A stretch of 63,983 nucleotides of DNA, the filler included, from Lentisphaeria bacterium (GTDB lineage: Bacteria > Verrucomicrobiota > Lentisphaeria > JABSQK01 > JAWLHB01): NCBI GenBank assembly GCA_041690595.1. It is 3 parts of 3 records of this genome, joined end to end, with 100 filler letters (N's around TTAATTAATTAA, not from the genome) between each part and the next. Parts side by side here need not be neighbours in the genome. Positions count along the whole stretch, not along the records: positions 31,579 to 60,645 come from JAWLHB010000066.1; 2 more parts are not named here. One strand, written 5' to 3'. The notes under the pieces are model-generated. The model had not been told where the DNA came from. It saw only the letters and a list, made by a program, of their open reading frames with translations, and ran no database searches. Positions 41,490 to 50,892 of this stretch are shown one piece after another (position 1 is the stretch's first letter; the number at the start of each line of letters is the position of its first letter). A program made the translations under genes and the position numbers.

Positions 41490-42445
41490 GACTGGCTTCC
41501 TTTTCGTTGGGCCGCCGCCGAGCGTTGCCGCACATCCAGCGTGTTGCGTTCCCAGAAGACTTGATCCGCATAGCCCTGGATGGATGGGTCCGCCGCGGCG
41601 AGAGCCAGCCGCTTCATGGCCAGCGCGCAATAGACAGGCTCGATCTCCACCGCGATGAAATGCCGATCGAGCTTGCGGGCAACGACCGCGCTGGTACCGA
41701 CGCCGGCGAAGGGATCGAGTACCAGGCCGCCGACGGGGCAACTGGCCAGGAGCAGCTTGGCCAGCAACTTCTCCGGTTTCTGGGTGGGGTGCTCGGTGTT
41801 TTCGGGCATGGACCAGAAGGGGACGGTCAAGTCGGTCCAGAGATTCGAGGGGTGGGTGTCGCGGAAATTTCCGGCGCTGGTCTCCTCCCAATCCTTGGGG
41901 CGGCCATCCTGGCGATAGGGGGCGCGCACGACGCGGCGCAGCTTCACCTCTTCAACCGCGAAATGGTAGGTCGACGAGGCGGTGCAGAACCAGATATCTT
42001 CGGAGGCATTCTTCCAGTTGGTGAGTGCGCCGCGGCCCTTTTCCCGCTCCCACGTGATGCGATTGCGCACCATCAGGTAGCGGGCAACGACCCGGTGTAC
42101 GGCGGCCGAACACCGCCAATCGGCGCAGATGTAGACGCTGCCATCGGGCTTGAGCAGGCGGAGGAGCGGCACCAGCCACGATTCGACATAGCTCTCGTAT
42201 TCGGCCTCCGCCATCGCCTGGAAGGTCGTCCCGCGGAAGGACTTGGTGAGATTGTAGGGCGGATCGACGAAAAGCAGGTCGGCGCAGGCCGCGGGAAGAT
42301 GCTCCATGGCGGCAAAGAGATCCTGACAGATCACCCGATCCCGCACGTGATCCAGCGACGCCGGCTCATCCAGCGTCAGACACTGCTGTCGATAGCGTTC
42401 CAGTTCGTCGCCTTCCAGCGACAAGCTTCTGTTCATACCGGCCAT
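41486..42445 (-). CDS. Site-specific DNA methyltransferase (beta class, N4/N6), orphan
   Basis: DPPY precedes HPTQKP and LDPFAGVGT. Confidence 0.9.
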   Translation of the reverse strand: MAGMNRSLSLEGDELERYRQQCLTLDEPASLDHVRDRVICQDLFAAMEHLPAACADLLFVDPPYNLTKSFRGTTFQAMAEAEYESYVESWLVPLLRLLKPDGSVYICADWRCSAAVHRVVARYLMVRNRITWEREKGRGALTNWKNASEDIWFCTASSTYHFAVEEVKLRRVVRAPYRQDGRPKDWEETSAGNFRDTHPSNLWTDLTVPFWSMPENTEHPTQKPEKLLAKLLLASCPVGGLVLDPFAGVGTSAVVARKLDRHFIAVEIEPVYCALAMKRLALAAADPSIQGYADQVFWERNTLDVRQRSAAAQRKGSQS

Positions 42446-42660
42446 GGTTCTTCTCCCCTCCTCCATACATTCGGCGCAGACAAAAACAATACCACGCCCG
42501 TCCGCAATTGAAACTCCTCTTTCGGTCAAGATCTTCACCGCGGCATGAACACGGTGGCTTTTTGCGTCGGCTTGCATTTGCGGTTGACTTTGTCGCAGCG
42601 TATACTTGAGGCAGCTTCATGCTCAACAGTCGCGACAGTCACCACGATTAGCCTGAAACC

Positions 42661-44025
42661 ATGCCGCCACCTTCACCCATTGCGAAAGAAGCCGCTTCCG
42701 CGCGCCAGAAGAGCATCGTCATCATCGAGGACGATGAGTTGTCGCGGATGCTTTATGCGCGGATCCTGAGTGCGCGCGGCTATACGATCAAGCATTGCGG
42801 GCGTGGGGATCAGGCGCTGGCGCTGCTGCGGCTGCAGCCACCCGACCTGGTGCTGCTCGACACGGAGCTGGCTGACACATCGGGGATGGATCTGCTGAAA
42901 GAGATCCGCAACGACAGCCAGATCTACGACATCCCCGTGGTGCTGATTTCGGCGCTGGCCACGGAGGAGGTTATCGAAACGGGGGTCTCCCTGGGGGCGG
43001 ACGATTATGTGATCAAGCCGGTGAAGGCGGCTGAACTGGTGGCGCGCGTGGCGATGGTCATGCGCAAGCGCGCGCTGGTGGAGCTGCGCTCGGCCGGTTT
43101 CACCTACGGGGGGCTCTTCGGTGGCCGCTACGAGGTCGTGGGCACCCTTGGCACGGGTGGTTACGGGACCGTCTACCTGGCCCACGACACCCGTTGCGAA
43201 GAAAGCGATTCGCGGGTCGCGCTCAAGGCTTTTCACGTCGAGAAGACCAAGCGTTCCTACTTCGTCCCGCGCTTTCTCCGGGAAACGTATGCCCATACCC
43301 GCCTGGCGCACCCGAATATCGTCAAGCTCATCGACTTCGGCCACCAGGAGAGCATCTATTTTCTGGTGATGGAGTATCTGGACGGGCTCAATCTGGAACA
43401 GGTCAAGCTGAGCATGGGTCAGCTGGACGAGACGACGGCGGTGACCGTGGCGTACGAGATCGCCAAGGCTCTGGAGCATCTCTACCGCCACAAGACGATT
43501 CATCGTGACATCAAGTTGCGCAACATCATGGTCACCCATGATGGCGACATCAAGCTGCTCGATTTCGGCATGGCGCGTCAGGTTATGGAAGATACGCTCA
43601 GCGCCGAGGAATTTGTCGGTGGCACCCCCGATTTCATTTCGCCCGAATACATCAACAGCAGTGAGAATCTCGATATACGGTCGGACGTCTATTCGCTGGG
43701 CATGACGCTCTACTTCGCCCTGTCGGATCGTCTGCCCTTTCCGGACGGCAAGCCGATGGAGCTTATCCTGCGCCACCTCGAGACGGCGCGCCAGCCGCTG
43801 CGCGAAGTGGCTCCACACATCAGCCGTGAGTTTGCCGGCCTGATCGACAGGATGGTCAGCCGTGATCGCGACAAGCGCCCGACCACGGCGGCGTTGCTGG
43901 ACGAGCTGGGTCGGCACATGATGAAGGAAGGGGTCACGGCGGAGCTTCCACCGCCACCGGCGCCGGCCAGGAAAGAGGCGCCCCGGCAGGCTCAGCGTCG
44001 GCCGCTCCGCGCTCCCAGATCCTGA
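42661..44025 (+). CDS. Response-regulator receiver fused to a Hanks-type Ser/Thr kinase
   Basis: IEDD...LLD...KP receiver, then GTGGYG, VALK, HRDIK, DFG and SPE. Confidence 0.92.
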   Translation: MPPPSPIAKEAASARQKSIVIIEDDELSRMLYARILSARGYTIKHCGRGDQALALLRLQPPDLVLLDTELADTSGMDLLKEIRNDSQIYDIPVVLISALATEEVIETGVSLGADDYVIKPVKAAELVARVAMVMRKRALVELRSAGFTYGGLFGGRYEVVGTLGTGGYGTVYLAHDTRCEESDSRVALKAFHVEKTKRSYFVPRFLRETYAHTRLAHPNIVKLIDFGHQESIYFLVMEYLDGLNLEQVKLSMGQLDETTAVTVAYEIAKALEHLYRHKTIHRDIKLRNIMVTHDGDIKLLDFGMARQVMEDTLSAEEFVGGTPDFISPEYINSSENLDIRSDVYSLGMTLYFALSDRLPFPDGKPMELILRHLETARQPLREVAPHISREFAGLIDRMVSRDRDKRPTTAALLDELGRHMMKEGVTAELPPPPAPARKEAPRQAQRRPLRAPRS

Positions 44026-44064
44026 GGTGCGCATGGCCATTCCCGCCGGATGGCCAAAGTTGCA

Positions 44065-44093
44065 TTGCAGTGGCGCGATGTGCTTCCTATACT
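44065..44093 (+). promoter_or_regulatory. Putative sigma70 promoter
   Basis: TTGCAG-N17-TATACT. Confidence 0.55.
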
Positions 44094-44145
44094 ATGCGGA
44101 AATCGTATTTAGTCCCCATCGACTTTCCATAAAGAAATACTACCC

Positions 44146-44664
44146 ATGAAAAATCTACGCCCCCCTCGTTTCAGCCTCGTTGAGCTGTTGATCGTGATCG
44201 CCATACTGGTGCTGCTCGCAGCCATGGTCCTGCCGATGCTGGCTCGTTCGCGAGAACGAACTCGGCGCATCGAGTGCGCCAGGCAGCTCCGTCAGATCGG
44301 GCTGGGCATGATGATGTACGCCAATGATTTCGACAATTATCTGCCCTCTATCCTTCCATCGCCGACACGCTACCTGGAGCCGCTGGCGGAGCTGAACTAC
44401 GTCACGGAAGATCGCCTCTGGTCATGCCCGAGCAGCTCGGTGCAGGAGAACGATCCAGAGCTGTCCGCCTTCGCCTACCTGGGTAGCGGCATGCGCGACT
44501 CCTCACGGAATCCCAGTTCGGATTCCGTGATGCACGACATATACGACAATCATCCCGGCAACGAGTGGAACAACGTGCTCTATCTGGACATCCACGTCGA
44601 GGGTGGCAATCCCCTGCGCAGTCTCGATTTCCAGAACAAGTACGAGAGCTTCGCCACCCCGTAA
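44146..44664 (+). CDS. Short prepilin-type (DUF1559-like) protein
   Basis: FSLVELLIVIAIL, CARQLRQIG, WSCPS and a degenerate H...NVLYLDIHV. Confidence 0.88.
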   Translation: MKNLRPPRFSLVELLIVIAILVLLAAMVLPMLARSRERTRRIECARQLRQIGLGMMMYANDFDNYLPSILPSPTRYLEPLAELNYVTEDRLWSCPSSSVQENDPELSAFAYLGSGMRDSSRNPSSDSVMHDIYDNHPGNEWNNVLYLDIHVEGGNPLRSLDFQNKYESFATP

Positions 44665-44671
44665 GCGCGGC

Positions 44672-45736
44672 TCACCAGATGGAAGGATCGTCGACGATCG
44701 GCAGATCGACCGGAACGCCGCGTGCAGCGGACTGATACATCGCGAGCACCAATTCCACGGTGGGGCGAACGGAGGCAACCGGAATAATGACCTCCCCGTC
44801 ATGGTTGACCGCGTCGATCATGTTCTGGATGACCACCTGGTGATCGGCGTGACCGAAGTCGGCGGCGCCTCCGGCGGCGGTCTTCTGGGCGGCGCTGCCG
44901 ATGTTGCGAATCGCCTCGTCTTGCGGCAGCTCCTCTCGGAACTTCCACATCTGCATCTTTTCGCCGGTCATGATGGCGGTGCCATCGGTGCCGTTGATCT
45001 CGATGCGGATATCGGTGCCGGGCCAGAGAGCGGTGGAGGCCTGAACGATACCGTGGGCGCCGTTGGCATAGACCAGATGTGCCACGAGGCTGTCTTCGAG
45101 GTCGACGGTGGGATGGCTGAGATTGGTCATCTTGGCTTCGACCCGGGCAATAGGGCCGGCCAGGTACTGGAGCAGGTCGATGTAATGGAAGGCATGCTGC
45201 ACGGTGACGCCGGCGCCGGAACGGCGTGAGCTGCGCCACTCGTCCATATGATAGTAGTCCGCCGGACGCCACCATTTCATATAGGTATCCGCATGCAGGA
45301 GTTTGCCGAAGCGGCCAGCCTCGATCGCCTGACGGATGGTCTGAATCGCTTCGCGCACGCGACACTGTACGGTGCATCCGAACTTCACCCCAGCCGCGGC
45401 GCAGGCTTCGATCATGGCATCGGTTTCGCGCAGGGACATGGCGGGTGGCTTCTCCGTGAGGACATGCTTGCCGGCGCGCGCACAGGCCATGACCGCGTCA
45501 TGGTGCAGGTGATTGGGGGTGAGCACGTTGACGACATCGATGCGCGGATCCGCCAGCATATCGTCGAGGCTGTAGAAGGCTTCAACGCCAAACTCGGCGG
45601 CAAGCTTGTCGGCGCGCTCCCTGTTCATATCGCAGACGCAGATGAGCTCCCCCCCGCTGGCGTCCTGGATGGCTCTGGCGTGAAATGGCGCGACGAGACC
45701 CGCGCCGAGAAGTCCGAATCCCAAACTCTTGGCCAT
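44672..45736 (-). CDS. Gfo/Idh/MocA oxidoreductase
   Basis: LGAGLVA, TPNHLH, AGKHVLTEKP and HYIDL. Confidence 0.92.
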   Translation of the reverse strand: MAKSLGFGLLGAGLVAPFHARAIQDASGGELICVCDMNRERADKLAAEFGVEAFYSLDDMLADPRIDVVNVLTPNHLHHDAVMACARAGKHVLTEKPPAMSLRETDAMIEACAAAGVKFGCTVQCRVREAIQTIRQAIEAGRFGKLLHADTYMKWWRPADYYHMDEWRSSRRSGAGVTVQHAFHYIDLLQYLAGPIARVEAKMTNLSHPTVDLEDSLVAHLVYANGAHGIVQASTALWPGTDIRIEINGTDGTAIMTGEKMQMWKFREELPQDEAIRNIGSAAQKTAAGGAADFGHADHQVVIQNMIDAVNHDGEVIIPVASVRPTVELVLAMYQSAARGVPVDLPIVDDPSIW

Positions 45737-45865
45737 GTGAATATCCCCTGTTTCGGCTGATCGTACAGATGCGGGTACAATTGCGTACATGCTCAGGTTG
45801 AAAACGTATCACGTTTTCGGGCCGTGGCCAATGGTTAGAGAACCATTTGGCTCCTGATGGGCGGC

Positions 45866-48124
45866 TCAAGCGGTCGACTTCAGGAAGACCTGACGAATCG
45901 TCGAGGTGAGAAGCTCCGGCTTGCCGCTCTTGGTGAGATAGGCGGAGGCTCCCGCGTTGATCATCGCTTCGGAGCGATCGCTCTCTTCATACATGGAGAG
46001 GCCGATAACGCGGACTCCCGGCATTTCCTCGTGCAGCCGGCGGGTGGCCTCGACGCCATCCATTCTCGGCATGGAGAAATCCATGAGGACGACATCCGGA
46101 TGGGACCGGCGGGCCTCCTCGATGGCCTGGACGCCGTCAGACGCTTCCGCGACAACCTCCAGATCCTGTTCTTCGGCGAGAAGCGAGCAGAGCCCCTGTC
46201 GCATGACTTCGTGATCGTCGACAACCAGGAGGCGGATGGTCCCCTTGCGTCGGGGGCGAGCCGGGCTCTCCGCCAGCTCCCCCCCATCCTCCTCATCTTC
46301 CGGCTCTGGAGGTATGGCGGCGGCCGCGGTAATCAGATCCCGCGGCGCCAGCGCGCTTGTCTGCTTCGCGTGCATGGGGGCAATCAGTTCGAAGGTGGCG
46401 CCTTCGCCGACATGGCTGGTCACCCGCATCATGCCGCCAAGCAGTGCCAGGCGCTCATGGATGCTGAAGAGGCCGAAGCCGCCCCCAACTCCCGTTCCTT
46501 CGCCAACCGTCTCGTTCGGGTCGAAGCCGGCTCCTTCGTCGCGGACGATCACGCGCAAATGGTCTTCGTCATATTCATCCATGGTGACCCAGGCACAGTT
46601 GACGCCGGCATGCTTGACGATGTTGAAGAGCAATTCGCGGACGGACTGAAAGACGAGGACGCGGACATCTTCGCGGTCAGTGGCGGCGCGAGGATCGGTA
46701 TCGATCTCGACATCCAGGCCGTGCTTTTCCTTCATCCAGCGGGCGAGCCAGTGCAGACCGGCGTCGAGACCGGCCTCATGAAGGATGGGGGGCGAAAGCT
46801 CCACCGTGAGGGAGCGGGATTCCTCGATGGCTTCGCCAATCAGGTTCTTGATGCTGTCGACCGCGGGCTGATCGCCATCCTGCAAACGCCGCGACAGGAC
46901 TTCCAGGCCCAGCTTGGCGCCAACAAGCAACTGCTGCAGATGGTCATGCAGAATCTGCGAGAGTCTGCGCCGCTCGCGTTGTTCGACCAGGGTCAGCTCG
47001 GAGGACATGCGCGCCAACTGGTTGGCTCGATGCTGCAGCTCGCGGGTACGCTGCTGGACCCGTTCCTCGAGTTGCGCGTTGACCAGTTGCAGGGCCTCTT
47101 CCGCGGCCTTGCGCTCGCTGATGTCGATGACGCTGCCAATGTAGCCGGCAAACGTGCCATCGGTGCCGAATCTGGGGCGTCCGGTCATCATGGTCCACGC
47201 ATGGGAGCCTTCGCGTTGTCGCAGGCGAAATTCGAGGGTGAAGGATTGATGGCCCCTGCTGGCGGCATTGAATTGCCGGAGGGCGTCGATGCGATCGTCC
47301 GGATGGATGACCTCGGTCCAGCCGGTACCGAGACCCTCGCTCTGTTTCTGGCCGGTGAAATCATACCAGCCGCGACTGAGGAAGGAGCAGAGGCTGTTCT
47401 GTTCGGTGACCCAGAGCATGGCGGGTGCGGAGTCGGCCATGCTCTTGAACCGGCGCTGGCTCACGCGTAGCGCCGTCTCGATGCGTTGCCGGTCAAGGGC
47501 CTCGGCGGACTGTTCGGTAATGCGCCGCTCAAGCTCATCGTTGAGGCTTTGCAGACGCTTGCTCTTGTCTTCAAGTTCGCCATAAAGAGCGATCACGCCG
47601 CGATTGGTCTCGGCCAGCTCTTCGTCGCGCTGACTGACGGTGGCGGCGGTGTTTTCCAGCGCTGCCACCAGATCGAGACGGGCGCGATTCTCCTGTTCCA
47701 AAAGGTCACCGACGTCGAGGTCTTTGGCGATTTCACATGGAGTCATCGCCGCCACGCTTGCGTCCATGGAGCAGCGCAGGTGCAGATGCCCGCCCTCCCC
47801 ACTGCATGACCAGATGGTGAAGCTCTCCGGCCATCGCTGCCGCAGAGCCGCCAGGCGCGCGGGCGCAGCCTCCGCCACACCGGTAAGGAGGACCAGCAGG
47901 TGAGGCGCGGGATCGGGCCTGAAGCGGATGGTCAGCACCAAGGGCGCCCGATCGTCAAGGAGATGACGAGCCAGCTCGCAGGTGGACGCCAGCAGACGGT
48001 TGCGGTCCACCTCGCCCAGCCCCGCCTGGCGCCCGGTCAGATCGACAAGCAGACGCATGCGCAGCAGGTCGTCGGGCGACTTGCAGGTCAGCTGGCAGAT
48101 CTGGTGGGAAGTGTCCATCATCAA
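45866..48124 (-). CDS. Hybrid sensor histidine kinase (degenerate RsbT-like N-domain, PAS, HisKA_3, HATPase, REC)
   Basis: ELAETNRGVIALYGEL, a PAS region (WTEVIHPDD), LHDHLQQ, NIVKHA, DEGAGF, GFGL and a C-terminal VDDH...MDFSMP. Confidence 0.9.
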   Translation of the reverse strand: MMMDTSHQICQLTCKSPDDLLRMRLLVDLTGRQAGLGEVDRNRLLASTCELARHLLDDRAPLVLTIRFRPDPAPHLLVLLTGVAEAAPARLAALRQRWPESFTIWSCSGEGGHLHLRCSMDASVAAMTPCEIAKDLDVGDLLEQENRARLDLVAALENTAATVSQRDEELAETNRGVIALYGELEDKSKRLQSLNDELERRITEQSAEALDRQRIETALRVSQRRFKSMADSAPAMLWVTEQNSLCSFLSRGWYDFTGQKQSEGLGTGWTEVIHPDDRIDALRQFNAASRGHQSFTLEFRLRQREGSHAWTMMTGRPRFGTDGTFAGYIGSVIDISERKAAEEALQLVNAQLEERVQQRTRELQHRANQLARMSSELTLVEQRERRRLSQILHDHLQQLLVGAKLGLEVLSRRLQDGDQPAVDSIKNLIGEAIEESRSLTVELSPPILHEAGLDAGLHWLARWMKEKHGLDVEIDTDPRAATDREDVRVLVFQSVRELLFNIVKHAGVNCAWVTMDEYDEDHLRVIVRDEGAGFDPNETVGEGTGVGGGFGLFSIHERLALLGGMMRVTSHVGEGATFELIAPMHAKQTSALAPRDLITAAAAIPPEPEDEEDGGELAESPARPRRKGTIRLLVVDDHEVMRQGLCSLLAEEQDLEVVAEASDGVQAIEEARRSHPDVVLMDFSMPRMDGVEATRRLHEEMPGVRVIGLSMYEESDRSEAMINAGASAYLTKSGKPELLTSTIRQVFLKSTA

Positions 48125-49155
48125 GCGGAAATCCTTTCGGGAGGAGGGGGTCGGCGCCGGAGTACGACAACGGTAACATCGTCACGAAGGCGACGCTGAT
48201 CGCGATAGAGAAGGGCGGCGACAATGCCTGGATGGGCACGGTTGAGGCCGGGATGATCCTGAAGATCCCATCGGGAGTGGAGACCATCACTGTACAGTAC
48301 CAGAAGAGCTGGAAAGTTCCAGTTGTAAAGCATGGGCCGAAGCTCCGGAAAGGACAAACCGACCGTACCGTGCTGGGAGAGTATGCCGTTACGTTTGCTG
48401 GCGTTGACGATGCTGCCGCCAATGTTGCCGACACCGGCATGATTCAGCGAGGAGCCACGCCGCTGCACATGCGTGATCGCCACGGCGGCGCCACGCGTGT
48501 GACGGAGCGCTTCGTGCATCTGCCCCAACAGCTCCGGTACCGGCTGTAGGCTTGACTGGAAGAGAGTCGCGGCGCGGCGCGACGCGGTGGCCGCTTCCGA
48601 ACCGTGCCCCAGGCCATCCGCGACCAGCAGCATGACCTCGTCTTCCGTCATCTTGACGGACCATACATCCCCGCAGACGGTGTTGCCGGGTTTGGCCACG
48701 CTGAGACCTGCAAGTTGCAGCCAGTCAGGCAGAGCTCCCGGGGTGGCGATTCGGGCAAAAAGCAGAGTACCGGCATCGAGCTCCGTCCAGATGTCGAATT
48801 CGGTTGCCAGACGTCGAATAGCGCCGAGACCGTTGCCGGCGGTACCTCCCGTAGAAACACCGTCGCACATGCACGACTTAAGGTCGCGCATTCCAGGTCC
48901 TTTATCGATGGCAACGATATCCAGACAGATCCGGTCGCCAAATCGCAGATAGTTGAGCAGTATCCGCCCCCGGCCAGCATGCCGGACGATGTTGCGCGCC
49001 GCCTCCGTAGCAATGATGCCGACGCGTTCGCGCTGCATTTCGTCCATTCCCCCTCGATCGCCGAGAGCCTTGCCCAGCCGACGTACGTGGCCGACATCCG
49101 CTTCGGTGGCAACCTCGATGTCGAGAGTCTGGTTGAAGAGCGGGATTATTTCCAT
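48121..49155 (-). CDS. Anti-sigma-type ATPase fused to a SpoIIE/PP2C phosphatase (RsbX-like)
   Basis: EAARNIVRHA, DKGPG, CGD, ADGLGHG, SDGL and DDVTV. Confidence 0.88.
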   Translation of the reverse strand: MEIIPLFNQTLDIEVATEADVGHVRRLGKALGDRGGMDEMQRERVGIIATEAARNIVRHAGRGRILLNYLRFGDRICLDIVAIDKGPGMRDLKSCMCDGVSTGGTAGNGLGAIRRLATEFDIWTELDAGTLLFARIATPGALPDWLQLAGLSVAKPGNTVCGDVWSVKMTEDEVMLLVADGLGHGSEAATASRRAATLFQSSLQPVPELLGQMHEALRHTRGAAVAITHVQRRGSSLNHAGVGNIGGSIVNASKRNGILSQHGTVGLSFPELRPMLYNWNFPALLVLYSDGLHSRWDLQDHPGLNRAHPGIVAALLYRDQRRLRDDVTVVVLRRRPPPPERISA

Positions 49156-49571
49156 TGGGCAATGATCACCCGAGTGCCTTGCTGAGGCTGGCTCTCTATA
49201 TGAAATTCGTTGACGAGTCGCTTGGCCCCGCCAAGGCCAAAGCCCATGCCGCTACCGGTGGACCACCCATCGGTGAGTGCCTGGTCGATGTCCGTGATGC
49301 CAGCGCCGCGGTCGATGAAGGTGAGGCGCAAGCCGTTGCGGCCGTTGGCCTCGATGCGCTCCATGAGGCATTCGCCGCCGCCGCCGTGGAGGAGGGCATT
49401 TCTGGCAAGTTCGCTGGCGGCGGTAATCAGCTTTGTCTGTTCCACAAGCCCAAAGCCGATGCGCATGGTCCATTCGCGACAATGCCGCCGCACCAAGACA
49501 ATATCCGACTCCACCTGGATGGGAATGGTCTCCGACTCAGCTACCAGCATGCAAGCTTCCTCAGCTTCCAC
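49146..49571 (-). CDS. rsbT: Stressosome kinase RsbT
   Basis: TAASELARN, DRGAGI, DGWSTGSGMGFGL and operon position. Confidence 0.9.
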   Translation of the reverse strand: MEAEEACMLVAESETIPIQVESDIVLVRRHCREWTMRIGFGLVEQTKLITAASELARNALLHGGGGECLMERIEANGRNGLRLTFIDRGAGITDIDQALTDGWSTGSGMGFGLGGAKRLVNEFHIESQPQQGTRVIIAQWK

Positions 49572-49929
49572 TAGTTATCGACTCGAGCAGTTCCATGGCG
49601 CAATCCATGTTCAGCGCCGTGCGAACCCCGCGCAAAGGCACGCCAAGCTCAACAAGGGTGATGGCCACCTCCGGCTTCACACCGACAACGACAGTCTCGG
49701 CTCCCAGCAGCCGCGCCATCGCCGCTGTATCGGAAATGGTGCGCCCGATGAAGGAGTCGATCATCCAGACGGACGAGACATCGAGCAGGATGCCGCGGGC
49801 TCCAGATTCGCTTACGCGCTGGGTCAGATCATCCTGCAGTTGCAAGGCGGTCTGGTCGTCAAGCTCGATCTGGATACTGACAAGCAAGGAGGCACCGACC
49901 TGCATGATTGGAATGCGATTGGCGGTCAT
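49561..49929 (-). CDS. rsbS: Stressosome STAS protein RsbS
   Basis: IDSF phosphoacceptor and PEVAITLVELG. Confidence 0.92.
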   Translation of the reverse strand: MTANRIPIMQVGASLLVSIQIELDDQTALQLQDDLTQRVSESGARGILLDVSSVWMIDSFIGRTISDTAAMARLLGAETVVVGVKPEVAITLVELGVPLRGVRTALNMDCAMELLESITSGS

Positions 49930-50783
49930 CAGGAATCCACCTCCTTGCCGACCATTCGCAGTCCCATGCTGTCGAGAGCAACGGCAATGGCGTCCGCAAG
50001 AGTGGCTCTGGTGGTCACTTCATCCAGGCCGATACCCAGATGCACCATGGTCTGCGCGATGTTTGGGCGAATGCCGCAGATGATGCATTCCGCGCCCATG
50101 AGTCGCGCAGCCGTGACGGCTTTGAGCAGATGCTGCGCCACAAGGGTGTCGACAGTCGGGACGCCGGTAATGTCGAGAATAGCGACGCGGGCCTGTTCAG
50201 CGACAATCCGCGTGAGGAGCGACTCCATGACCACCTGCGTGCGGCTGCTGTCCAGCGTACCGATGAGAGGGAGAGCGACGATGCCATTCCACACCTTGAT
50301 GACGGGAGTGGACAGCTCCATCAGCTCTTCCTGCTGCCGCCGTATGATGTCGGACTGGCTCCGTTGAAAGATCTCGGCGGCCCAGAGGCTGAGACGATCG
50401 AGCAGACGATTGATGAGGCTGATCATGTCGAGCAGATGCTCGGTTGTGCCGCCATCGAGGGCTTCGACAAGGGGCTGGCGTAACAGGGTGATGAAGCCAG
50501 CCAACTCCGCGGGCGAAAAACCCAGCTCTACCCACGCCTGCGTGAGGACGACCAGCTGTTCGCGTAATGGCCGCCAGGCTTCCTCCATCGTGGCGTTGGC
50601 TTCCATGGCATGCAGGGCATCCACGAGCTGTGCCAGAATGGCTTCGCAACTCTCTCGCAGTTCCTCTTCACCGGTCAGTTCCTGCCGAAAGCTGGCGCTG
50701 TCTCTGAGCGCGTCCAGCCAGCCCTTGAGTATTCGCTCTTCATGCTGCCGCACACGCTCGGCAACTTCTTCCGCCAATCCCAT
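49929..50783 (-). CDS. rsbR: Stressosome protein RsbR
   Basis: ELSTPV, LIGTLDS, DITGVPTVDT and GIRP, with a helical N-terminal sensor region. Confidence 0.92.
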   Translation of the reverse strand: MGLAEEVAERVRQHEERILKGWLDALRDSASFRQELTGEEELRESCEAILAQLVDALHAMEANATMEEAWRPLREQLVVLTQAWVELGFSPAELAGFITLLRQPLVEALDGGTTEHLLDMISLINRLLDRLSLWAAEIFQRSQSDIIRRQQEELMELSTPVIKVWNGIVALPLIGTLDSSRTQVVMESLLTRIVAEQARVAILDITGVPTVDTLVAQHLLKAVTAARLMGAECIICGIRPNIAQTMVHLGIGLDEVTTRATLADAIAVALDSMGLRMVGKEVDS

Positions 50784-50892
50784 GATCTTCTCCTGAGTAT
50801 GTGTCCCTTCAACCCCTACACACTATCGCAAACCGGCTGGAGAGTCAAATTTCAGCTCCATGCGGCCTGCCTGCCAGGCACTTGCGTGGTGG

